Below are positions 12,133 through 25,400 of a stretch of DNA of 64,000 bases, in pieces. A program made the translations under genes and the position numbers. A model generated the notes under the pieces. It did not search any database, was not told the origin of the DNA, and saw only the letters and a program-made list of their open reading frames with translations. Origin of the DNA: Raja brachyura (taxonomy: Eukaryota); NCBI GenBank assembly GCA_963514005.1, contig OY740799.1, positions 17,050,001 through 17,114,000 on the forward strand, in the 5' to 3' direction. Numbering within the stretch: the first letter of the stretch is position 1; every line of letters starts with the position of its first letter.

Positions 12133-12548
12133 TATCAAGAGGGCATAGGTTTAAGGCAAAAGAAAATATTTTTTAAAAAGGTAATCAACTAAACAACTAT
12201 ATATAATCTCTCTCTGGAGGTAGTGTAATAGGATATTGCTACATTTATAAAATACACTTAAGTAAGGCATAGACACAAAAAGTGAACTCTTGCAAGTAAA
12301 TAGTTAAGTGTAGGCAAGCAAAATGGTCAGCTTGGACATTGTGGGACATCATAGTTTTACTGTAAAGAAACAGACCTGAAGGGAGATGATGGGAGTCAGA
12401 GGATAAAGCCAGTTTTATGACTGATAACACATTGTTAATTCTCAACCCCAAAATCTTCCTGGATACCGTATTCAATTCCAAGTAACTGAAGATGAGACAG
12501 TTACGTCCAATAAGACAAAAGCATAAGACAAAATGTTATCAGGTATAT

Positions 12549-12554
12549 TTTATT
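12549..12554 (-). terminator. Probable FLNC polyadenylation signal (3' UTR ~12530-13459)
   Basis: AATAAA on the minus strand ~900 nt after the FLNC stop, followed by a GT/T-rich tract (ttttgtcttatgcttttgtctt). Confidence 0.65.
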
Positions 12555-13459
12555 ATTGCCAGACATTGGTTGATGTATCAAATACAAGGGCTCACTTTCA
12601 TACAAAGTTGTCTAGAAACATACAAAGTAACAACTCCAACATTGCCACCCATGTCCGAGGGCATGTCCAGCACTTTATGTGCTGCAACCCTTGCATGGTC
12701 TAGCTCATTTCCATGAGTACAGCAGTCAGTTCACCAAATGTCTTGCTCCAAACTGTCAGTGCAGTATCTGGTCAGGGTAACTAGTGGTCGGAGAAATTGG
12801 ACGTCAGATCATATTGGGAAAGTAACAGGGGATAAAGGGGAGGACATGGGATAAGTGGGAGATGTACAGACTGAACACAATGGTTGAATAACTAATTAAC
12901 GTTTTTTGGAACCCATTTCCACCAACCCCTTCTTAGCCTCAGCACAGGGACAATTAAGCCCAAGGATCCACCAATACCCTTTGAAAAGAACATTAGAAGT
13001 TGTCTGTCTTGCTTCAAGAGGAGCAGAAGATCGAGAAGGTGAATCGTCCTTGGAGCTGCAGCACCTGGAGGGGGTGCCAGTCAGGTATGCAGCCGGTACT
13101 GGCTCCTTTCAATACCCTCCAAAACAAGCTCCAATATTTTTACTGCAGAGTTCTTGGGGACACTCTTAACCAAGGAGAAATTGCCAATTGTTCTGGTAAA
13201 TTCAGTCAGCTTCTAAAAATCAGTTGTCTGGTGTTTGCCTGGAGAAGCTCTTCCCCAACCCCTCCCCACAATCTCCCTACCCGCCCCCACTCCCACTCCC
13301 ATCTCTTCCCACCCCCCCTCCCTCCCTCCCTCCCCAAACACCCCCATCCCTGCAAATGCAGGGCTGGATATTAGTTTTTAAGTTAACTTTTTTGTTGTTT
13401 TTCTATAAAACTTAGATAATTCAGATCCTCTGGGATGTAACAAAGGTTCCATCAGTCAT

Positions 13460-16400
13460 TCAGGGGACAGTAGCATGGAATGGGCTACCGGGCACACACT
13501 CATCGCCCCACTTCACAATCAGAATATAGTCGCCCTTCTCCTTCACAGTGTATGTGACGTTATATACACGATTACCCATGTGTTTCACATAAACTTCTTC
13601 ACAAGGGGTCTTCGGGCCATGCACACCGACCATCAACATGTTAGTTCCTGAAACAAAAAGAAGTTACTACAGTGAGCGCATCACTGCAAGGGATCACAAC
13701 AAATGCACATTTGCTGAGTTTGTCACAAGCCAATTAATGAAGGCAATACTAGCCTAGTAGGTTGTGCTTGAGTTTATACTTCCACCAACCATCAAGATAA
13801 TCCTTATCCCATGCCTTACCTAAACCCTACACTTGTCCCACCTTCCCGATTCCAGACACCCACCTGCTTTGCTGCAATCCACAGTGAAGTTATTTTTCTG
13901 CCCAATGAAAGCCTTGGACAGGCCAGGCCCTCGAGATACCACTTTGCTGGCATCAGATGTGAATTTGGGCATTGATCCATAGGCAGCAACTGTGGATGAC
14001 TTCGTAACTGTTTCAACCAAGACTGTGGATGTCTCATGTAAACTGTGGCCCCCCGACAATCGAACTCCTGAAATAGAAAACAGGCACAAGTTAGTCCTGT
14101 CACAGCTCCCTGGGAGGTGGAGTTAGACTTGATAGCCCCATTATTTATATTCCAGTTTAAAACGATTGTATGCTATCTTTTCATGTTATACATTTCTATG
14201 ATCCAATGAATTTGTGCTCACCTGTGACCTTGGCCTTGAATGGACTGCCAATAATATGTTGAGGTCCACCATATTTTATGGAGATCAGGTAATTACCAGG
14301 GGCCATTGGAGTGTAGGTTACCTTATAACCATCTGGGCCCTCTTGGCAGTCCATCTTCACTTTTGACGGACCATCAATGGTGACAGAAAGAGCTCCAGCT
14401 CCCGCATTACATGTATTGACAATGAATTCTGAGGGCACTCCTGCACAAAACACACACAATCACTGTGAAACAATCTTTTCCAGCATTTATAGTATAGGAT
14501 GGCTGAAACAAGCAACTAAGCCCCCAAACCAGCTTGTATTTCACATTTGGGTACCTGTTATTCTCTGCAAGGATTCTCTCAATTATATTCCAACATCCAA
14601 GTCACAACAAGTATCCATCGATATCTATTCAAATCCCTACTGAACCACTAAATTCCTGCTTGCAATATTCCAGTTCTCATTACATTGCCCAACTTGCTGT
14701 GCATTTTCAGTATCCCAGATTTTAAAAATATTTTAACACCACAAACCCATAAACAGATTCTAACTTGTACATTACCAACGTGTTGTTTTAATCCACAATC
14801 ACCTAAAATACATTGCAATCCCTCCTCCACCAGCTATCCATGCATGATGAATCCTGATGATTTCAAGTCAAATGTACCAAGGTATTATACCTGTGACACC
14901 TCCTTCCAGTCCAGGGCCATAGGCAGAGACCAAGCCAGGATCCCCCGTCTGTCCTGGCTCTCCCACTCGGATCCTGAATGGGCTGCCTGGGATGTGACAG
15001 GAATTGAACTTGACATCGATGGAGTGGACACCATTTTCACGTGGTATGAAGCGGATTGCAAAGTTATCTGTGAACAGAAACAGTCTAAGTTCTGGCATAT
15101 CTCCAAGGAGAGCTGGTGGAAATTAGAGTTAGGGAGGGGTCCAAGCTACAGGCATTAGAACATTTAAGATACATAGTTCAATAAATACAGCTGTTATATT
15201 TGGAAACTACATGCGTTAGCAATGCTGGGGGTGGATACAATAGGACGTGGAATCAGTATACACATGGAATTTTGGATAACATTAGGTTTACAGAAGCAAG
15301 AATAAGGAAGTCTGCCGATTCAATACTAGGGAACATTCAGATCTGTTGTGTACTATTACACTGTGGTCATTATGGAAACTTAATCGAGTTGAATTTTTGA
15401 TTAGAATGAGTGTCAAGGGTTATGGGGAGAAGGCCGGAAAATGGATTAGGAGGCAGATCAGCCATGAATGAATGGCGAGGTAGACTCGATGGGCCAAATG
15501 GCCTAATTATACTCCTATAACTTGTGAACTAATTTCTGAACCAATACAGTTATGTTCCAGGACTCGCCAGTGAGTTCCTTACAACATTAAAATTTTACAC
15601 TGATTAAAGTCATGGATGAGGGCATCAGTAGCAGCTGTGCAGCAGCAGAATCAAGTAATGCTAAAAAGGTGTTGTTGACAAATAAGATAAGGAGCTCCTC
15701 TTGGGGACAAATACAACTCCTTTCAAAACTGTCCACCATAGTTGCCGCTGTCACTAACACGCTCTAGAGTTCTGTGAAGGATTAAGTGATATTTTCTCTG
15801 CATAAAGCAGCTGTTTCCCACTTAGACGATCCAATGTCCAACATCTATTCCTTACTTGTCTTCAAGTCCTGGAGATCTTCCCACTACCAGTAGGTGGCAC
15901 TCTGAGTGCAGCAATCCATAGACTGCTAGTGTTGAGATAGGCAGAGACACACACACACACACCACACAGACCTACACACGCAGACGGAGGGAAATGGGAG
16001 GTACAATTACTGACACTTTGTTGAATTCAGTGCAAAGAGAAAACTGAAACACAGAAATGCTGAGGAAATAGCTCTGAACAAGTTATGACCTTATGTTGTC
16101 CTTCTAGAAGTTTCTGAATTACTGGAGGCTGCAGGGGCCTGGATCTCGTGTTACAGCTTAAGCCCCAGGCAGCTGCTGCAAGAGAGGCCATGGCACATGG
16201 TGTGGGAATGATTGCTTATTCTGGGTCAGATCGATAACACCCCACAGCTACATCCGGCTGGATTGGCTCCCAGCTCTCCCTGCCACAGTGATTCTTCACT
16301 CTCCTGCACGGCCTCACCCTCTATCTTGCTATTGTCAAAGTCTGGGGCACATTCTCCTTTCCCATGTAGATCTGCACAAATTGATTGCATGCTTGGATTT

Positions 16401-19400
16401 CAGTGCTGTCGCCCCATCAGAATGTTGAGAAATCAGATGATGAAAGTCATTGCTGTCAGCATTGTTGCTCTGGGTGAACTATTGTGTGGCTGGATTGAGG
16501 GCGTGGAACAGAACCAGTACAGGGGCAACAGAAGAGGATGCAGCGCAGATGACAAACGAGAGTCCCTTCACCCACCTCAAACCAACATTATCTAGCATCC
16601 AGTCACTCACCACTATCCAGCTCTGACATGTAACATTCCTCCACAGCCCCAGATGGGGTCCGAACTTTTGCATCAATCACTCCTCTCGCTCCATTCAGCT
16701 GAACTGCAAATGAGGCTTGTTGATTGACCTTCAATCCTGATTCCTGGACATAGATTAAATGGACAAACATTTGAAAACATATGACCAAGGCGTAGTCATC
16801 TGTACATGATTTATTGTGCAACACTAAATTTTGACAGTGCCCCTTCAAAATGTGCCAAACCAAAGAAAGCAAGTCACTCCTAGTGTCCCCCAACTGGAAA
16901 GCATGGATCAATCTCAAAATCCACTTGCGTGAAGTCAGATCATCCCAATTGGCACAAGAGATCTAGGTACAACATTTGCAAAGCCATCAAGAATGCCAAG
17001 AGACCAAGCTAAAGTCCCAGAGTAATCGCACCGTCACCCATCAACTATGCAAGGCTTGCAATCTATAATGGTTTGAACAGGAAGTTTGAATTACTGGCCA
17101 TAGCACATCCCTCCCGAACAAGCTACATGCACCCACCCCTCTGAAGCACATTAAATGCCTTGTGCCCACCTGAAGGCTGGTAACAGTGAGTCTGCGGGCA
17201 GCATCCGAGGGAGAAGCAATCGGAACAACGAATGGAGAATCTGGGATATGCTCATCGTTGAACTTGATGGATACCTCGTAGTCACCTGGAACAAAAGGAG
17301 GAGTTCAATTAAAGATAAATGTGGATACAGAAAAATGTAAAAAGGGGCAAATGATTCCATTCAATTTACTGACCAGGTTCCTGCACAATGTAGGAAACGC
17401 CACACGAGCCATCCTTGCGATCTTCAAATGAGATCTCTGCTTTGCTTGGACCTTCCACGGCAATGGAGAGACCTCCAGCTCCAGCCTCTCGAGTCCAGAT
17501 ACTGAATTCAGCTTAAATGGGAGAAAGGGAAAGAACAGTGAGTGACTATATGAGGGATAGGCACATAATAATACACTCTACATCCTCACCAAATCTACAC
17601 CCCTATTCTGCCCTTCCCATGGTTGGTCTGCATCCCACCTCATCCCCAGACTGCTCCGACATTCCTTTATCCCCCACCAAGATGGGCTCCGAAGTTCCCA
17701 GAACTTATTTTGTCACTGCATATTTGCTCTGGATATTAATAATTGGAATTTGTGTACTCAGGAGTCAGCCTTCATGAAATAATGTTCAGTGTCTGGGTTA
17801 GGTCTTCAAAAGCTTTTAGTCCAGAGAACCTTTGAACATTTAGAGGTGTCCTGTCATTTATAATGTGACACCAATGTAAATACGCTGTTCAATGAAACCA
17901 TGTCATCAGAAAAATATTGAAATAAACAATGCCGTTGTAACTATTAAAATTGCTACCAAAATTGTATTCAATCAGCTGCTGTCATCTTCCTGTTTAAGAA
18001 TACTAAATCATGATGTACTTATGGTTCAGGGTGATTCTACAACAAGAAGTGCCCACTTATGTTGAATAAAGACCCTCCACATCTATCAGTTTCTCTAGTC
18101 TACAAGCGTCTTTGTCACAATAGGCCTCATTCCTACCCTTCCAAAACTACACACACTTGCCACTTCATTCATTATCAGAAACTCACCTGGCACTGCAGCA
18201 ACACCACGCTCCAAACCAGAACCACCAGCTCGAACCTTGTGGGATCCTCCCTCGCCCATCGGTCCCACTGTGAACTGGAAGGGGCTTCCGGGAACATGTT
18301 GGCCTCGATACTTAACATTGACAATATGAGAGCCCATCTCCTGTGGTATGAACCGTACACTGTAAGTGCTGTCTTCTCCCTCAATAATTTCTGCATCATC
18401 CATCTTCCCAGATGGGCTGGTGACTTGAGCAGTCATCACCTTCGCCCCAACTTCCACTGTAAAGAAAGAATGACAGAAATGATAGAAAATGTCTTATGCA
18501 CACAGCAACACCACACCATAAAGCTATCTTTCCATTTTGTTTAAGTTTGCCAGATGCTCACCTTCAGCCCGTGGAATATTGGTAAAGGAGCCCAAGCTTT
18601 CGCGGCCCATGAACTCTCCGAACACGTTGTGGAAAGGGTCCCCTCCAACTTGTGTTGATTCTTCCACTCGGACTTCTCTCTTTGTTTCCCCACCGCGCGT
18701 TTTGCTGATCTCTGTCCGTTCCGTGCGTGTGTAGGTGTGGCTGCTGCGTGTGAAAGTCCTGGTCAAACGCTCCTGTGCGGATACCATCTGGAACCAGTTT
18801 CCTAGAAACAAGGTGGGAAGAAAGGAGGTGGGGGGAGAAATGAAGGAAGATCAAGCAAACGAGTTAATGGTGGAGTATGTGGGAATATATGATATTCTAT
18901 TTTGACAGAAACAAATAAAATGGAGAGACATTGCAAAAGTCTGATACAGGGGATCAGAGTCTGGGATAAAACATTAGTATGCCAGTGCAGTAAGCAAATT
19001 GGAAAGTTAACAGATGTAGCCTTCAGTTATAAAATATGAATGTAGCCTTCAGTTCAAAAATATGAATGTAGCCTTCAGTTATAAAAGCAATGAAGAGACC
19101 AGAGCTGGTAGTACTCTGCATAACTGGACTCCTTCTTTGAGAATGAAATTGGATGAGAAGCAGATCAAGTTTACTAGACTAATACTTGGATTGGTTTACC
19201 CAGAGCAATTTCTACTTGTCTAACTTGACCAACAGTCCTCACCAGACTTGGGCAGCATCTCTGGAGGACATGGATAGGCAACATTTCAGGTTGGGACCTT
19301 CTTCAGACCCGATACGTTGCCTATCCAGGTCCTGCAGATATGCTGCCTGACCCCACAGAGTTACTCCCGCACTTTATTTCACTCAAGATTTCAGCATCTG

Positions 19401-22400
19401 TAGTTTCTCATTACTCCATTATCTCATCTTCCGCAACAGACTTGTATCCACTCGAGTTTGAGGCATTGTAGTTGAAACGTGCATGCTCCTGGGAGATATT
19501 GAATAGATGAAACATGGAGAAAATATTTATTGTGGGAGAATCTAGATCTAGCAATCACCATTTAAAAAGAAGGGTTGCCCAATTAAGACTGATGAGAGAA
19601 TGTGTTCTGAAGGTCATAACTTTTGAACCTCTTCCTCAGAAGAGGTCATGAAGCATAGCTTTTGAATATTTGAGGCAGCTGTGAATAGATACCCGATTAA
19701 ACAAAGGATGAACACATACCAGCAGTGGGCAAGATTGCAGAGTTGTCACTACAATTAGCCTAGTCCCTCATACAATGACAGACCCAGCTTGAGAGGCCAA
19801 GTGGCATACTTCTGCACTTAAAACATTCTAAAGCACCTTTCAAAAGATGCTATAAAAATTCCAAATATTGGTTTAACCCGGTGGAGCTGTGTACATTCAG
19901 GCCCAATCAGTTCTTTCCATTATGGACCTTATCCCCATTATTCAATAATTCATCATAACGAGCCACAGCTGTGTCACTGGATGCGAGTCAGTGATGCAAC
20001 CAAAAATAGTGACCACTCCCTTGTGAACTCCCAATTAGATCTTCAAATCAACATGGGTTGAATGGTTGAATGTACATACTGATCATCAACCACAAATATT
20101 GGATTGTTAATACAGATAGTGAAAACACAGTCAGAACAAGGCAATAATAAGATCATGTGAAGGAATAGCAAAATATGTACCAGTCTGAATAGTTTTTTAA
20201 TTTTTTTTAAACAGGCGTATTAATTCCCTCCCTTGAGATGAAATGGCTGACTAATGAGAAAAGTTAAGCAGATTCAACCTATTGGAGTTAAAAACTGAAA
20301 AATTATATTGTTGAAAAAGTCTGAAAGAGGCTTGATAAAGCACATGCCATTTGTGGTGGAAATAATAATTGGGGATATAAATTGAGAAGGAATCATCCAC
20401 TGAAGACAAAACAAGAGAAACGCTTATCTTCGAGATAATGAATCTTCAGCATTCTCTAACCTACACAGCCTCAAAGACTGAATAACAACATAGATTCAGG
20501 TGAAGCTAGAGATTTCTTAATCTACAATGAATTAAGAGAGTTTTAGAGCAGAGGTAGGAAAATGGAACTACTGTAAATCCAAGATCACTGGCTGGCTCCA
20601 GCAATGGCTGCCTCGCCAACAGTCTGTCTGTCCCTTCTTTGTTGTTTGTGTGTTAAGTGGATGTTATTAGTGTTCTTTAGCTTGTTTTATGTGGGGGGGG
20701 TGGGGGGGGAAGAGGGAAAAGAGTTGGGGGAAACTTTTTCTAATCTCTTAGCTCGATCGAGATGTGATTTTTTTTTCCATATCGTGGATGTGATTTTTTC
20801 CGTATCGATTCCACTGCAGCCTAACATCAGGGAGTTGGCGGCCTTTGCTGGAGACTGACTTTGAGAGCTCTACCGCAGGGATCTGGTTAGAGACCGACTT
20901 TGGGAACTCCAAGCCGCAGGAGCTTCAACCACCCCGACATGAGAGCTTCAATCGCCCTGACGCGGGAGCGTCTTCGCTCTTTGACATTTTTCTCCATTCA
21001 AATGAATGTGCTCACTTTACTTGGTATATTTTTGTTCAGAAATAGGAGGCAGATCTCCATGAAGTGTTAAGAACTGCCCAAGTGAATGATGTCCATGAAA
21101 AGCCAACATCAGGTGTAATCAGGAAATTCCCAGGCAGGTGTGGGGAAATTCAGGATTTCTGCATATTTAGAGGCATGTGACAATCTCCATAAGATTAATG
21201 CTTCATTCTTAAAGTAAAACTCAAAAGTTCCAGCTCAGTCTCAAAATTAGGAGAAAGGCATTAAAAATAATAGCCTTTCCACTTTCACCTCCGATCAACT
21301 GTAATGTTACTATTTGATGAAGAACAGTATCCATTTGAAGATAATAATTGACACAAATAGAGGAAATTGATCAGAATAAGGGTAGCCAACATCTATTCTA
21401 ACACAAAAGAAATTACACTTCTCCTCGACTCAGTTGTACGTACCTGGAATCTTCAGATTCAGGTCACAGGTGCTGCCCACAGTTGCTATGGAGGGTGCCT
21501 GGCGCCTTCTTGTGATACTCTCCTTAATTCTCCCTTCACCAGTCATCTTCACTGTAAAAGGACTTCCTGCAATAAATGTCATATGATAATTTGTAGTAAG
21601 TTAAATACCAAGTCCTGCAGTTACTGAGTAACCTGCTGGATGCAAATCATGTCAGTGACTCATAGTGGAAGCTTCTGTTGAAATCTAAATGTTATTCAAA
21701 TCATATTGCCATGCCTTTGCAACATGAAGGAGCTTTCACTTTGTAGTTACTTACCTGGCACATGACAATCAGCAAATTTAATATTGATAATGTAGTTGCC
21801 TGGCTCAGTTGGGCAGTAAGTCACTTTGCACGTTCCATCCTCCTGATCCTCACAATTTATGTCAACTTTGCTGGGACCTTCAATGGACAGACCAAGTCCT
21901 CCATAACCTGGTAGATGGGTGCAAAACAGTACATCAATAACAAAGAATTGCCTTCCTTCATGTTAAATGCATCTCTTTTATTGATCTTTAAATTTACAAA
22001 TGTCCTCCAATACCCATTTGGTCATTTAGTTATTCATCCCAAACAGCTACATAAATCTCCTCCGGTTTGGAGATTGGTTACAATTTTCACTCGTGGCCTG
22101 AGCAAGTTTGCCTCCAATGACAGTCCACACGCAGAAGAATTTCCCTATTCAATTGCCAATTGAAACAAGGCATCTCCCGAGTCGTAAAATGGTCCTCAAA
22201 GGATCTGGCCCTTACCTGCACCCCTTGTGTCCACAATGAACTCAGACACCTCAAATGTTCGACCCTCCACCAGTCCTTTCCCAGAAACTTTCACCTTGGA
22301 GGCATCGCCAATCTCGGAGGCCCCCACCATGATCTTGAAAGGGCTGTTTGTTACATGACGGTTATTTTTCTTCACACTCACCACATGTTCTCCCACTTCC

Positions 22401-25400
22401 TTTGGGGTGAATGAAATACCTGTTGAACGGAAGGGAAATGGGGATTAAGTTGTTCAGAAATTGAAGGAGGCAAGAAATAACAATGGACAGAACATCTGAT
22501 CTGTTACAGCCAGAAACACCAAAACACAATAAGTTTCTCAAAGACTAACCAACTCACTGGACAGTCTCCAATTTATCACCATCCCCTATCCAGAAAAATT
22601 CACCTCCCACCACCATGGGATAATCCCCCTCCCCAATTGCAGACTTCTTCCCCACTGCTCATTCTTTTGCACTACAATCTTGCACACTTGTACTGCTTTG
22701 CCCTAGTCATTGTATTTACTTTTATAATTCATTGTTGTAAGAATACTGTTTAGTGAGATTCACGTGAACAAGGAATTTCATTCCATTTGTGTACACGACA
22801 ATTAACTATCAGATTTAATTTTACACCCTCGCAACCTTTTCTTACACAATCCAAATCTTATGCTTAGTCTAGAATTGATCTTCTCTAGCTGGAAAGGATC
22901 TATTTTTATTTATTCTGCCTAAAAGTCTTCAATCACATTGTTTCTCACCAATGTTGAATTTGAGAGAATTATCACATTCTGATTTTTTTTTAAGGAATCA
23001 GAGCAGATCATTCACTTTCAAGCTTACTATACCACTTATTGAGACAAGACTGGCTTTGTGCTCCTTCATAGTTGGATATAGTTATATAGCATAGAAACAG
23101 GCCCTTCGGCCCAACATGTCCACGCCTAAAAAGGTACCCTATCTAAGCTGTGCCTGCAATTGACCCATATCCTTCTAAAACGTTCCTATACATATTTGTC
23201 TATGAGTCTTTTAAATGTTGTTTATAGTACCTGCCTCAACTACCACCTCTGGAAACTTATTCCTTGTACCCACCATTCCGAGTACAAAACTTCCTATTAA
23301 ATCTTGCCCCTCTCACCTTAAACCCGTGTCCTTTGGTTCTTGAAACCCCTCCTCTGGGTAAAAGACTGCGAATTAACCCTACCTATTCCCATCATGATGT
23401 TATGCATATCTACGAGATCATGCCTCAGTCTCCTGCATCCACCCAAAAACGGAATCCACATTTTCTCAAATGGTTTACAGGTTAATAAAATTAAAAACAA
23501 CAAAATCTCCGTTTAATAAATGTCTAACAAACACCAGTGTCTAATCAATATACCCACTTGCCAAGTTAGCTTCTAGCTGTAATCACCATTCGCATCTGCG
23601 CCTTACCAATGTGCCTGTTGGGCAGCCTCTTCAGTAAGCAGGGCTCCTCATTACCCGACGGGCCTTTGATGCTGGCATTGAGTACGCTGAGATCTGTTTC
23701 TGTAATCTTCAATGAGACTTCAGTCGATGTGCCAACGTTGAGTTGCGAGGTTCTCATTGAGTCATCACCTGCACAAAATGCTTTCATCAACATGTTTGGT
23801 TCTCAATGATGGCCATCATTCCCAGTACCCTTGCAATTACCTCTCCTTCTCCAACCCAGATGACTGGTGGACTGGCTGGAGGTCTAAAAGTATAATATGA
23901 AAGAGTGGGGCCTTCATGGTCTATTCCAATACTGTTCAACCAGCATTGGCACAGGTAACAAATGGATTATAAACTCCTTTGTATCACAGACTTAGAGGTT
24001 GTTGGACTATCCGAATTGGTAAGGTGAAAAAATACAACACAGAATAGATACAGATCACTCCTTTCATCCACTCTCTCACGACATGGACCACAGTGGATCT
24101 GCTGAAACACCTCCAACTTCCTAAGTAGGCTTAAGAGGTTCAGCATGTCTGGAACAACTCTCACCAACTTCTACAGATTTGCCATAGTCAGCATTTTAAT
24201 CGGGATGCATCACTGCATTGTTTGGGAATAGCTCCATCCAAGACCAACAGAAGTTGTAGAGAATTGTGGACGCAGCCCAGACTATCACACAAACCAATCT
24301 CCCTTCCATTGACTCCATTTATACTTCATGCTGCCTCGGCAAGGCCAGCAGCATAATTAAGGCCGAATCGTACCCTGGCCACTCCCTGTTCTCCCCTCTC
24401 ATCGGGCAAAATGGTATAGAAGTATGGAAACGGGGACAGTTTCTTCCCAGGTTCAGGAAGTGAACCATCCTACCACAACTAGAGAGCAGTCCTGAACTAC
24501 TATCTACCTCAGACTTTCTTTAATCGGTCTGTACCTTGCAGTAAACGTTATTCACATTATTCCCTTTATCATGTATCTGTACACTGTGGATGTCTCAATT
24601 GTAATCATGTATTATCTTTTCGCTGACTGGTTAGCACACATCAAAAGCTTTTCATTGTACCTCGGTACACGTGACAATAAACTAAACTCAAACTCAAGTA
24701 TAAGAGTTGATGTCAGCAAGTCTGTGTTAACAATGGCAATCAGAGATTGCTGAACAGAGACCCAACAACAAACTCAAACAAAAACTCCCAGTGCTTGCTC
24801 TTCCTGCCAATGATATCAACAGGAGCATTATTCACCTTATTAGCACCAACTAATCCACACTGGAACAAACTCCTTTTTTCTGGATCTGGTGCACTGGCTG
24901 TGAATTCTGATTAAAAGAATCTAGCATGATCCCAAGTTACAATGCACTGTATCTACTAAACCCTACAAATTTATGGATGATGTCTCTTTGCAAAAATACA
25001 TTATTCAGTCACAAGATATCAGGGTGATTGCTTTAAAACAAAACAAAGGCATATAACCACAAGAATGCTAAGTTACCAGTGATCTTGGCAGTGAAGGGAC
25101 TCCCTGCAATGTGTTTGTCATCAAATCGAACAATAATGTTGTAATCTCCAGGGGCAGTGGGTAGGTAGGACACCGTACAGGTCCCATCCTTGTTGGCTTT
25201 GCATGTGATTTCAGCTTTAGAGGGACCTTCCACGGCAAGGGACAGGCCACCTAGTGAGAGAGAAAGACTATGTTTTTTTTTGCTATTTGTTGTACAACTG
25301 GTATGAAAACACGACTCCCACTCTTCCAATCACTCCCACCCAATTCTCATTCCATTATTCTTCTCATTTAGCAAGTCACCATCTGTCCACATACATCTTC

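Noticed and set aside
17286-17400. Filamin Q/R A-to-I editing site (YIVQEPG, CAG codon) with an intronic complementary sequence
   Set aside because: The codon is present, but the 88-nt downstream intron offers only ~8 bp of wobble-containing complementarity. The editing is established for FLNA/FLNB rather than FLNC.
19014-19086. CRISPR-like repeat
   Set aside because: Direct tandem units with no spacers, in a eukaryotic intron.
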